Both the position numbers and the translations under genes were made by a program. Under the pieces are notes generated by a model. That model had not been told where the DNA came from. It saw only the letters and a list, made by a program, of their open reading frames with translations, and did not search any database. Of a DNA stretch of 64,000 bases, positions 8,924 through 19,700 are shown one piece after another. This stretch comes from a bacterium (lineage in GTDB: Bacteria; Krumholzibacteriota; Krumholzibacteriia; G020349025), in the NCBI GenBank assembly GCA_031362565.1, contig JANLSU010000120.1, positions 64,001 through 128,000 on the forward strand. Direction: 5' to 3'. How positions within the stretch are numbered: position 1 is the stretch's first letter; each line of letters begins with the position of its first letter.

Positions 8924-10522
8924 TCAGTGCCGCGCTTCGAACCCCGCTGCTTGCGGCGTGAACTCCTGTTTGACGGTGGGCGGGAGTTCCGATTCGAAAT
9001 CGTGCAGGTGAGCGGCGAGCAGCGAGTCGGCCGGTGCGTCGGCCGCCAAGAACGTGACCGTCGAATCGCCGCAAACAATGTTGCCGCGAATCGTCCACGC
9101 GCCGGCCCGCTGCCAGCCGGCGAACCAGCGGCCGAACCACGATTCGTAGACGACCGCCACGCGCGCCCCTTTGCCGCGGACCATCACATCGAGATCCGCC
9201 AGTCCGTGCGCCCGCCGCAGCCGGAGCACGTCCCGGTCGGCGATGCCAACGACATCGATGCAGCGCACCCCGGAAAATACGCTCACCGCTCCAACGTCGT
9301 TCATCGCCACCGGCTCGCCGGCGTAGTACTGCCGGAGGAAACGCGCCATCTGGGTCTGCTGTTCGTAGATGTTGCGCACCGCGATCGGTACGGCGCGATG
9401 GCTTTCGAGGCCGCGTTTTGCGAACGGCACTGCCGCGAGCGCCAGCACGAGCGCCAGCGTCAAGGCAGCGTTGCGGCGCGGCGCCGCGGCGACCGCCAGC
9501 GCGATCGCCACAATGCCCACCGCGAACAGATACGCCTCGTATCGATAGAACCAACCTAAGGCCGCAAATTGGACATGCGCGATCGCAATGCCGAGCGCGA
9601 TCGCGAGCCAGGCCGATGTTTCATCCCGCCAGCCGGCACGACGCACTTGCCGGACGAGAAGGAGTCCCAGTAAGACAAGCAAGGCGCTCAGCGCGACGTT
9701 GCGCGGCGCCACGAATTGCTCCACGAAGTGCAGTGGGCTCGAGCGCCCGTGAAGTCCCGCCGTGCCTTTCACCCAAAGCGCATTCGGGAGGATCGTGCCG
9801 CCGTGCCGGAGCGACACCCCTCCGTAGACGAGCGGCGGCACCGCACTCGCAAGCCCCACTCCGAAGCTCCATCGCCAACGGCGATGCAACGCGAAGAGCA
9901 ACAGGATTGCGCCAATGACCACGACGGACTCGTAGCGCGTCGCCATGAGTGCCGCGGCGAGCCCGGCCACCGGCCATGGCAGCCATGCGCTTGGAGGTTG
10001 CGAGCGCACCGCCCGCACGCAACGGTCGACGAAGACCAGCAGGAGCATGGCGTGGAGCGGATGCTCCATCCCGGTGAAGACGAGCGGCGCAAGCGGCACA
10101 ACGAACGATAGCGCCAGCAAGACGGCGAGAATCGCACCGGGTCCGAAACCGCGCGCCCGCAAAACGTGCGCCGCCACGAAGACGAGACCCAGGGCGGCGG
10201 CCCAAGCGAGGCCGAACGGCGCCACGGCGGCGTCGATTCCCAGCGCCGTCGGCCCCGCAATGAGCAGCGTCCACAGCGGTGACGACGAAGCCGCCACGAA
10301 CTCGGACGGGTTCACGCCCCAGGTGCCGGATTGCACCAGATTGCGCGCCATAGCGATGTGGATCGAGGGATCGTCGAGCGCATACCCGAAGCGCCCGTGG
10401 GTAGCGGCCAGCGCCTGATGGCGAAGCACGAGTACGGCCGCACAGAAAATCCCGCCGGCCATCCACTCGGGGCCGATCGAACGCCGCGCCGCCAACGGCC
10501 TTCCTCCAAGGAACGAGGGCAC
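8924..10522 (-). CDS. Polytopic membrane glycosyltransferase, GT-C fold
   Basis: YALDDPSIHIAMARNL first-loop motif, SSPLWTLL, GMEHPL, TRYE, many TM segments, periplasmic C-domain with DVGA..IDVVGI; start could be 10463. Confidence 0.72.
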   Translation of the reverse strand: MPSFLGGRPLAARRSIGPEWMAGGIFCAAVLVLRHQALAATHGRFGYALDDPSIHIAMARNLVQSGTWGVNPSEFVAASSSPLWTLLIAGPTALGIDAAVAPFGLAWAAALGLVFVAAHVLRARGFGPGAILAVLLALSFVVPLAPLVFTGMEHPLHAMLLLVFVDRCVRAVRSQPPSAWLPWPVAGLAAALMATRYESVVVIGAILLLFALHRRWRWSFGVGLASAVPPLVYGGVSLRHGGTILPNALWVKGTAGLHGRSSPLHFVEQFVAPRNVALSALLVLLGLLLVRQVRRAGWRDETSAWLAIALGIAIAHVQFAALGWFYRYEAYLFAVGIVAIALAVAAAPRRNAALTLALVLALAAVPFAKRGLESHRAVPIAVRNIYEQQTQMARFLRQYYAGEPVAMNDVGAVSVFSGVRCIDVVGIADRDVLRLRRAHGLADLDVMVRGKGARVAVVYESWFGRWFAGWQRAGAWTIRGNIVCGDSTVTFLAADAPADSLLAAHLHDFESELPPTVKQEFTPQAAGFEARH

Positions 10523-10614
10523 CAGCGCACCGCACCACGGCGTTCAGGCGCCGACAATTGCAAGAGCGCGAAGTGTAACGCCGCCGCCGAACCGGAACAA
10601 GGCCGGCCATCGAC

Positions 10615-10681
10615 ATTACAGAGATGTAATCTGAGCTGCCGCGGCACCGGAGTTGACGGTCAAGGCGTTGCGGGATAACAT
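10615..10681 (+). promoter_or_regulatory. Palindromic operator plus sigma70-type promoter of the kinase/response-regulator operon
   Basis: ATTACA-GAGA-TGTAAT (10615-10630); TTGACG (10653)-17 nt-TAACAT (10676). Confidence 0.6.
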
Positions 10682-10743
10682 CAATCCACCGGCTCAGGCG
10701 CGCGTCTTCACCGCCATCGACGAAAGTCCGGACCGAGTCTTCA

Positions 10744-12495
10744 ATGCAGAACCGCGAGCAACCATCCACGCCTGACGAAACCGCCGCGGCGGAAGCTGGT
10801 GGAAGCCTCGACTTGGCCGCCGAGTCGACCCGTCGGGACCACGCTACCGCCACTCGTGAACCGGCGAACGCCCACCTGCGCGTCCTGCTCGTCGAAGACG
10901 TCACGGTCGACGCCGAGTTCATCGAGCGCGAACTGCGCAAAGCCGCTGTGCTGTTCCTGATGAGGCGCGTTGAAAACTCGGACGATTTCGTCCGAGCGCT
11001 GGAGGAGTTTGCGCCCAGCATCGTGCTTGCCGACTACCTCTTGCCGCGCTTCGGCGCCCTGGAAGCGCTGCAGCTCTTGCGAGGCAAAGGCTTGGATATC
11101 CCATTTATTCTCGTGACCGGCAGCCAGTCCGAGGAGGTCGCAGTCGCTTGCATGAAGGAAGGTGCCGACGACTACATCCTCAAGGACCGCCTGGCCCGCC
11201 TCCCGGGCGCGATCGCCAATGCGCTGGAAAAGAAGGACGGCGAGCGCAACCGCCGCGTGGCCATTGCGGCACTGGCCCGGAGCGCTCAGCAGTTTCAACT
11301 GATCACCGACAACACCCATGACATCATCTGTCTGGTCGACAAGACCGGCGCGATCTTGTATGTGAGCCCGTCCTGCCGGCAGCGTCTCGGTTTCACACCG
11401 GAGGACATCGTCCAGGGCGACATGGCGTGCATGTTCTCGCTGGGCGACGAGGCGGGAGAGGCGCCGCGCGGGCTTCACGAGTTCATCCGGGCGGGCGCCC
11501 TGCGGCGGACGGAATTCCGCTGCCGGCACAAGAATGGCGAGTGGCGCTTCTTCGAGTCGACCGGCCGATGGATCGTCGAAGCGGACGGTTCGAAGAGCCG
11601 GGCCGTCCTGGTGTGGCGCGATATCACGCGCCGCAAACGCTCCGAGTCCCAACTCCGGCAGGCGCTCCGGGACCTGAAAAACCGCGAAAGCGCCCGGGTC
11701 GCAGCGCTGGAGGACTTGAAGTCGTCGCATGCGGAGTTGCAATCGGTGCAATTCCAACTCATCCAGGCCGAAAAGATGGAATCCGTCGGCCGGTTGGCGG
11801 CTGGTGTCGCCCATGAGGTCAAGAATCCACTGACCGTGCTGCTCATGGGAACGGAGTACTTGCGCAAGCATTTGCCCGATGGCGACCCTGAACTTCCGAC
11901 CGTGCTCGACGAGATGGCGGATGCGGTGGCGCGGGCCAATACCGTTATTCTCGGCCTGCTGGATTTCTCGCGCCCGGGAGTGCTCGAGCTCAAATTGGAG
12001 CATCCACACACGATCGTCGAGCAAGCGCTGGTGCTCGTCAAACACGATCTGACCCGCCTGAACGTCGAGGTCGTGCGCGATTTTGCCGCCGATGTTCCGC
12101 CGTTGAACCTCGATCGCGCCAAGATGGAGCAGGTGCTCGTCAATTTGTTCACCAATGCGATTCATGCAATGAGCGATCGTGGAACGCTGACATTGCGTAC
12201 GCGCGTCGTGACGGCGTCCGAACTCGGCACGCGCGGTGCGATGCACGATCCCGCCGAGGAAGCCGTCGTGGTGCAGGTGGCCGATACGGGGACCGGCATC
12301 CCCGCCGCCAAGCTGCTCCGTATCTTCGACCCGTTTTTCACGACCAAACCGACGGGCACCGGAACCGGCCTGGGACTGACGGTCACGCAGCGCATTGTCG
12401 ATCTGCACGGCGGCTCGATTGCCATCGAGAACAACGCCGGTGGCGGCGTCTGTGCGACAATCGCCCTTTGGCGTGGAGGCCGTCGTGCTGGATAG
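10744..12495 (+). CDS. Hybrid sensor histidine kinase (REC-PAS-HisKA-HATPase)
   Basis: LLVED REC domain, PAS/PAC ending RDITRRK, AHEVKNPL H-box, NAIHA, DTGTGI, FFTTK, GTGLGL. Confidence 0.92.
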   Translation: MQNREQPSTPDETAAAEAGGSLDLAAESTRRDHATATREPANAHLRVLLVEDVTVDAEFIERELRKAAVLFLMRRVENSDDFVRALEEFAPSIVLADYLLPRFGALEALQLLRGKGLDIPFILVTGSQSEEVAVACMKEGADDYILKDRLARLPGAIANALEKKDGERNRRVAIAALARSAQQFQLITDNTHDIICLVDKTGAILYVSPSCRQRLGFTPEDIVQGDMACMFSLGDEAGEAPRGLHEFIRAGALRRTEFRCRHKNGEWRFFESTGRWIVEADGSKSRAVLVWRDITRRKRSESQLRQALRDLKNRESARVAALEDLKSSHAELQSVQFQLIQAEKMESVGRLAAGVAHEVKNPLTVLLMGTEYLRKHLPDGDPELPTVLDEMADAVARANTVILGLLDFSRPGVLELKLEHPHTIVEQALVLVKHDLTRLNVEVVRDFAADVPPLNLDRAKMEQVLVNLFTNAIHAMSDRGTLTLRTRVVTASELGTRGAMHDPAEEAVVVQVADTGTGIPAAKLLRIFDPFFTTKPTGTGTGLGLTVTQRIVDLHGGSIAIENNAGGGVCATIALWRGGRRAG

Positions 12496-12877
12496 GAAGA
12501 CGCGAATTCTGATCATCGACGACGAAGCAGGACTGACGCTGCTCATCAAGTTGTGTCTCGAGGACACGGGCAAGTACACCGTGCAGGCGGCGACCCGCGG
12601 CGCAACCGGCCTTCTAGCCGCCCGGACCTTCGAGCCGGATGTCATCCTCTTGGACGCGATCATGCCGGACATGAGTGGCCTCGAGGTGGCGATGCAGATC
12701 CGCGCCGACCCGGCAATCGGACGGACCCCGATCGTCTTTTTGACCGCGACCGTCTCGGACAGCAACGACCGCACTTCGGCTGGCTCGTTGTTCGATTTTC
12801 CAGTGATCGCCAAGCCGGCGACCGCTCAACAGATCATGGACCGGATCGAAATAGAATTGGCGTCGCGTCCACAGTGA
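12485..12877 (+). CDS. Single-domain response regulator
   Basis: ILIIDDE, LLDAIMPDMSG, FLTA, KP; GTG after GGAGG. Confidence 0.88.
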   Translation: MLDRKTRILIIDDEAGLTLLIKLCLEDTGKYTVQAATRGATGLLAARTFEPDVILLDAIMPDMSGLEVAMQIRADPAIGRTPIVFLTATVSDSNDRTSAGSLFDFPVIAKPATAQQIMDRIEIELASRPQ

Positions 12878-12917
12878 CCGCGCCCGGAACGGGACGAACC
12901 CCAATGGAGGTGTGGAC

Positions 12918-13661
12918 ATGAGAGTGCTCGTCGTCGAAGACGATAAGGGCGTAGCGAGTTTTCTCAGGCGCGGGTTGCGCGAGGCTCTCTACACGGTGGA
13001 TTTAGCTGCCGACGGTGAGGAGGCGCTCTTTCTCGCGCAGACGGGCGAGTACGACCTGATCGTGCTGGATCTCGTCCTACCGAAGCGCGACGGGCTGGAC
13101 GTCTTGCGAACACTGCGCGGGTCGCGGGTCACCGTGCCGGTGCTGATCTTGACCGGCAAGGAATCCGAAGAAGACAAGGTGGCCGGCTTGGACGCCGGCG
13201 CCGACGACTACCTGACGAAGCCCTTCGGTTTCGACGAGTTTCTGGCCCGCGTCCGCGCCTTGATCCGGCGCCGTGGCGACCTCGCCACGACTTCGCTCCA
13301 CGCCGGCGATATCGAACTCGACACCCTTCGCCACCGGGCAACCCGCGGCGAGGTGGCGCTCGCACTCACGAATCGCGAATACGAACTGCTCGAATTTCTG
13401 TTGCGGCACGCCGATGAGGTCGTGACCCGGACGATGTTGGCAGAGCATGTGTGGGAACACGATTTCGATCCGATGTCCAATGTCATCGATGTGCACATTG
13501 CGCGCCTGCGGCGCAAGATCGACGACGGGCGCCCGGTGAAGCTGCTGCAGACCATTCGCGGACGTGGGTACATCATGCGCGCCAGCGTGGAGACTGCCGA
13601 AGCAGCGGACTTGTCGGCGGAACCCGAGGATCTCAAGGACTCCAAGAAACGCGCCGGCTGA
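12918..13661 (+). CDS. OmpR/PhoB-family (CusR-like) DNA-binding response regulator
   Basis: VLVVEDD, GADDYLTKPF, wHTH SNVIDVHIARLRRKID..TIRGRGY. Confidence 0.93.
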   Translation: MRVLVVEDDKGVASFLRRGLREALYTVDLAADGEEALFLAQTGEYDLIVLDLVLPKRDGLDVLRTLRGSRVTVPVLILTGKESEEDKVAGLDAGADDYLTKPFGFDEFLARVRALIRRRGDLATTSLHAGDIELDTLRHRATRGEVALALTNREYELLEFLLRHADEVVTRTMLAEHVWEHDFDPMSNVIDVHIARLRRKIDDGRPVKLLQTIRGRGYIMRASVETAEAADLSAEPEDLKDSKKRAG

Positions 13662-13703
13662 CCCTTGGGCCACAACGCAGCCGGCCGAGCCCGAGACCTC
13701 GGC

Positions 13704-16700
13704 TTACTCGCGCCCCAACACGGGCACCGGCCGGACTGCTGTCTGCCGGTGCAGCGTCGCGTGAACGTGATGGGTGCCGCCGTCGTCCGCACAGGGAATC
13801 GCTTCGGCGTCGACACCTGCCCCATTGAACGTCGCGACAATGCGGCCTTCACTGATCCCATCCGGGTTGTCGACGACAATTTCATACCGCGTCCGTCCAA
13901 GGCGAATCGAGATGGTGAATCCCTGCCACGTTGCCGGAATGTGCGGCTGCAGCGAAAAATGCGTGCCGCGGCGCCGCAAGCCCAAGATCGCCTCCAACCC
14001 GGCGCGATGCATCCACCCCGCCGAGCCGGTGTACCACGTCCAACCGCCACGGCCTGAATGCATCGGGTGCGCATAAACGTCGGCCGCGATGACATACGGT
14101 TCGGCCCGGTAGCGCTCCGCAGCTCGACGCGTGCGGGTGTGATTGATCGGATTCAACAAGTGGAAGAACTCGACCGCTTCCTCGCCGCCGCCCTGCAGAG
14201 CCGTCGCCATGACGACCCAGGCAGCGGCGTGCGTGTACTGGCCGCCGTTCTCGCGCACTCCCGGCACGTACCCCTTGATGTACCCGGGATCATGCGGCGT
14301 GCGGTCGAAGGGCGGCGAAAGCAGCTGGATGAGTTGCGTATCCCGGTGGACGAGGTGCTGCCGCACGGCATCCAAGGCGCGTTCGCATTTCCCAGGGTCC
14401 GCGACGCCGGACAGCACCGCCCAGGACTGTGAGATGGAATCGATGCGGCACTCTTCGCTCTGCGACGAACCGAGCGGTGAACCGTCGTCGAAATAGCCGC
14501 GCCGGTACCACGAACCATCCCACGCCTGATCGAGCATCGTGGCCAGCCGGGTCACTTCCTGTTTGTAGCGCGACGCGTGGCTCACGTCGTTGCGTCCGAG
14601 AGCGATCGATTCGAAGTCGCGCAGAATCAACGCCAGGAACCATCCGAGCCAAACACTCTCGCCGCGCCCCTCGTGGCCGACGCGGTTCATTCCGTCGTTC
14701 CAGTCGCCAGTGCCGAAGAGCGGCAGTCCATGCGTACCCACGACGAGCGCCCGGTCGATGGCGCGCACGCAGTGTTCGTAGAGAGTGGCCGACTGCTGCG
14801 AGACCGCCGGCTGCCCGTAGGATTCACCGGCGCCGGGTTCGAGCACCGGAGCCTCCAAGAACGGCACGTCGACGTCGAGAATCCGTCGGTCGCCGACGGT
14901 TTGCAGGTAATGCGCCACGGCAAACGGCAGCCACAGAAGATCGTCGGAGCAGCGCGTGCGCACCCCGCGTCCGGTCACTGGGTGCCACCAGTGCTGGACA
15001 TCGCCCTCGAGGAACTGCCGTGAAGCGGCGTGCAGAACATGATCGCGAAACAGCGTGGGCGCCGACCACGACAACGCCAGGACATCCTGCAATTGGTCAC
15101 GGAACCCAAACGCGCCGCTCGACTGGTAGAAGCCGGTTCGCGCCCACAACCGGCAGGCGACGTCCTGGTAGACAAGCCAGCGGTTGATCAAGAGATCGAA
15201 CGAATCATCGGGCGTGTGGACGCGGACGGCCTCCAAGAGATCGTCCCATCCCGCTTCGACCGCCGCCAACGCCGCGTTTGCCGCCGCACCGCTTCCGAGC
15301 CGCCGTACGCAATCGAGCGCCGCAGCCCGGTCCGCCGCTTGGCCGACCAGGAACAGAATCTCGTGTGTTTCCCCGGGGTGCAGGTCGAGAGCCGCGTGCA
15401 GTACCGCGCACGGATCGAGGCCGGCGCCGAACCTTCCACCCAGCAACTCGTTCTCCAGGCCGGCGGGATTCGCAACGCTGCGATTGCGGCCGATGAATTC
15501 GGCCCGGTCGCCGGTCGCGGATCGCAAGTGGCTCGCGCAGTGGACGAAGGCGACGCGAGCGGCAAAATCCTCGTTGTACGGATTGCGCGCCAAGACCGTG
15601 GCACTCGCCGCGTCGAATTCGGTCACGACATGCAGGTGGTCGCCGGCGCGGGGCGGGCACAGCGCCCACTGAAAATAGGCGAACGCGCTCGCCCGCCGGG
15701 TTCGTGGCGATCGATTCGTGATGCTGAGGCGGACAAATTTGACCGCCTCGTCGGCATGAACGAACTGTGTCAGCTCGTGATGCAACCCATGGCGGGCATG
15801 CTCGAACCGCGCCACTCCCGCACCGAACCGCGCCACCCAGAGGGGGTCTTCCCGGGCGCGCCGCAACGGGCCCGGCGTGGCACCCCAAACCTGTCCCGTA
15901 TCGTCGTCGCGCAGATACACGGCTTCCGACGTCGACTCGGTGACTGGATCGTTGGCGAACGGCGTCAAACGGTTCTCGCGGCTGTTCTCCGACCAGGTGA
16001 ATGCACAACCCGCCGCCGTGACCAGCGTCCCGAAGCGCGGATTCGCCAGCACGTGGCTCCAAGGGAGCGGCGTCTGCTCGTCACCGCGCAGTGCAATGAC
16101 GTATTCGCGGCCGTCGGCGGTATAGCCACCGATTCCATTCGCAAACGTCAACCCCGGCAGCACCGGTTCGGCTTGGTCGTCGGGCAAACGTTCTTCGGGT
16201 TGCCGCGTCGGACGCAGGACCCGCGGCGCGGCGGCCTCCGGGATCGGGCGCTCGATCTGTTCGGCCAACGACCCCCGGTCGCCACTCAACACGACGCGCG
16301 CCACCGTGCAGAGCAGGAACTTTTGATTCACCGGCATCGCGTCGGCACGGGTCAAGAAGGCGCCGCCGGAACGGTCGCGCCAACTTGCCCAGGGGCCGCT
16401 GCGCAGCAGTTCCGCCAAACTGTCGTGCATCTGGCCGAGATAACTCCCCGGGTATTCATTGAGAATCACGACATCGGCGCGCAACGCCGCGAGCCGCCAG
16501 TACTCCTGCGCCTGCAGCACTTGCCGGACGAGGGCCAGGTCGTCGGCCTCGACGACCCGGACGAGAACGATGGGCAGGTCGCCGGAAATTCCGAAGCCCC
16601 AGAGGCCCGATTGCGCCAGTTCATTGGCAGCGCCGAATTCCGGCGCCGCCCGCATCGATCCATCGGCGTAGAACACCCGTGACGCCAGGCGCTCGAACAG

Positions 16701-19700
16701 TTGCGCTTCGCCGGCCGACAAACCCAGGTGCCGAAGTTTGATGAGCGCGTGGGTGGCGGCGAGCGTGAAGGTTCGCGCCGCGGACTGCGGGTCGGAATAT
16801 TTGCCCGCCAGAGCGAGCGCCATCTCGCGCTCCGGCGCAATGCCGGTCGCAAACGACAAGCGGGTGCGTTCGCCGGGCATCAGGCGAATGCGCTGCCGCA
16901 GGCTGAAGACCGGATCCAAGACCGCGCCGGTCGTACCACTCAGCGCCCGCCCCTCCAGTGCGGCGGGGCGCTCGAGATTGCGGCCGCGGCCGATGAAGCG
17001 CGCCCGGTCGGTTTCCCACTCGAGCGCGCCATGCAGACGCCCTTCCGCACTGCGCACGTGCATCGCCCAAACGCTGGGATCCGTTGCCGCACGCTTGCGG
17101 CGGCCGCACAGTAGTGCCGAGATCTCCGGGTGCGCCTCGGTTTCGAGGAAGAGGCCCCCGAAGGCCGGATGCGCCAGATCATCGCCGGGCGGCGCGAGCG
17201 CCAGCTCGACATAGCTGGTGACTTCGATTTCGCGCTCTCGATCGCTCCGATTGACGAGCCGGAGACGCCGAACTTCCACGTCGTCCTCCGGCGAAACGGC
17301 GATATCGAGTTGGGTCTCGATACCGTCGTCGGTGCCGCGGAAAATGGCCCGTTCGGCGAGGAACAAACACCGGTAGTCCTTCGCTTCCTGGCGCGTCGGT
17401 TGGAAGGAGGCGGACCACACCCGTTCGCTTCGAACGTCACGCAGGTAGAGAAACGAGCTGCCGGGATCCGATGTCGAGTCCTCGCGCCAGCGACTCACGG
17501 CGATGTCGCCGCAGCGGCTTGCCGAACCGCCGGAGTTCGTGACCACGGTTACGAAGTGGCCGTTCGACAGAAACTGCGCGGTCGGAAATGGGGTGTGCGC
17601 CGAGCGGAAGCGGCGCGGCGTGGCGACGACCTCCGGTGCGACGACGCGCGCCGCTTCGCCAGGCCGCGGCCGAGTGACCGGGACAAAGCGCGGCACACGT
17701 TCCTGCAGGAGCAACTGGGTGGCGCGCACCGTCGGATCCGAATGAAAGCGCTCGACCATGCGATTCCCGAGCACGACATTGGCCAGGCTCACGAGAACCA
17801 TGCCTTGGTGGTGCGCCATATATTCCCGGACCACGGTGCCGACGGCCCGATGCCCGCGCCGGGCGGCGGGCTCGCCCGTTGTTTCGTCGCGCGGCGTGTA
17901 GTCGATCGATTCGTAGAAACCGAATCGCCCTTCCCCGCCTTCGGCCTCGAGGTGCGCGAAGTTGGCGGCGACCGCCTCGGGATCGATACCGGCGGCGAGT
18001 GCGCAGGCATAGGGCGCGATCACCAGGCTGTCGGCCAGACCGCGCTTGAGACCAAGGCCTGGAACGCCGAATTCCCGATACTGATAGTTCCCCGCCCGGT
18101 CGGTGACGTCGTACCCGGACTCGGAAATCCCCCACGGTACGTGCAGGTCGCCCGCGTACCGGCGCTGGGCGCGGACCGCGTTGCGGCAAGCCGTGTCCAG
18201 CAGCGTATCGGGATAGCTTCGCATGACGAGCAACGGCATGAGGTACTCGAACATGGTTCCGCTCCAAGACACGAGCGTCGATGCCGCGCCGACGGGCGTC
18301 AACGCCCGGCCGAGTTGGAACCAATGCAATTGCGGCACGTCGCCTTTGGCAATCGCGACGAAACTGGCGAGGCGCGCCTCGGAGGCCAGCAGATCATAGA
18401 AAGAAGCATCGAGCCCACCCGCGGTGTCCTCGTCGCCGATCCGGTAGCCGATCGAAAAAATGCGCCGCTCGCGATCGAACAGAAACGCGAAATCCATCCG
18501 CTGCAACATGTCTTGCGCGCGGCGGGCGAGCGCCAGAAACTGCTCCGCAAACAACACCGGCGGCTCGCTCGACGGGCGTCGGAGGAGCTGCGCGAGCTTT
18601 TCCGACCATTCCACGGCTTCGGCCCAGTCAGCCGCGGTACTGTCACCGCGCATTTCAACGAGGCCCGCGTGCAAGGTTTCCGCCCGCCCTGCGGCCGCCG
18701 ACAGCCGGACCCCCGGCTCGGCGCTCGACTGCAACAGCGCGCGGATTGCCGCGGCCTCGTGCCCCAACTCGGCCCGCCGTTGCAGGTCCGAACGGTGCGC
18801 TCCGTCGGGGCTCGCAAGAGCGGCCAGGCTCTCCTGCAGAAGCAGCGCGGTATCGGCGCCGCCGGCACACAGGCGCCCGGCGTCGAGCGGCTTGCTGGCG
18901 ATCTCGCGCAGCCCCGCGGCGAGCGCCAACAGCGCACCCGCGAGGTTGCCGCTGTCGACGGTCGAGACATACCGCGGCGCCAGCGGTGCGAGCGTGCTCG
19001 TGTCGTACCAGTTCAAGAGATGGCCGGCGTATTTTGTCATTCGATCGAGGGTGTCGAAGGTCCGGCCGATGCGCGCCGCCAGATCGTCGCGATGCATGTA
19101 CCCCAAGTCGTACGCGGCCAAGCTGCCGAGCAGGCCCATGGCGACATTCGTCGGCGAAGTGCGGTGCGCGATGCGCGCGGTGGGTGCTTCCTGATGGTGA
19201 TCGGGAGGCAACCAATTGTCCTCGGGGCCGGCAAACTGTTCGAAGAAGCGCCAGGTTTTCCGCGCCATGCGCCGGAAGGCCACGCGCTCCGAATCGTGCA
19301 ATGCCGAGCGCCGCGGTGCCGTGGCACGGCTCAGCCAAAGCGCGATGACGGGTGAAGCGAGCCACAGCGCCAAGAAGGGGATCGCGGTCGCGAAGCGCTC
19401 GGATCGCACATTGGGGAGAAGGACGGCGATCGCGATGGCCGTCGCCGGGGCGGCCCACATCTCACCGACGAACCCGCGGATGCCATCGTTGCGGAGCAAT
19501 CCCGCCGCGCGGGCGGCGCCGGCCGCCGCGGACTCCCATTCGAGAAGGCGCCGTTGCGTAATCAGGAGCCGCACGAGGGTGAGCGCGATCGCATGAATCA
19601 TCTCGAAGGCATGAAATGGCAGCAGCGTGACCTGCAGGAGGACCTGAGCCAGGGCGGTCGCGAGTTCCGCCCGGATATCGTGGAGAAAAATCGGCACAGG

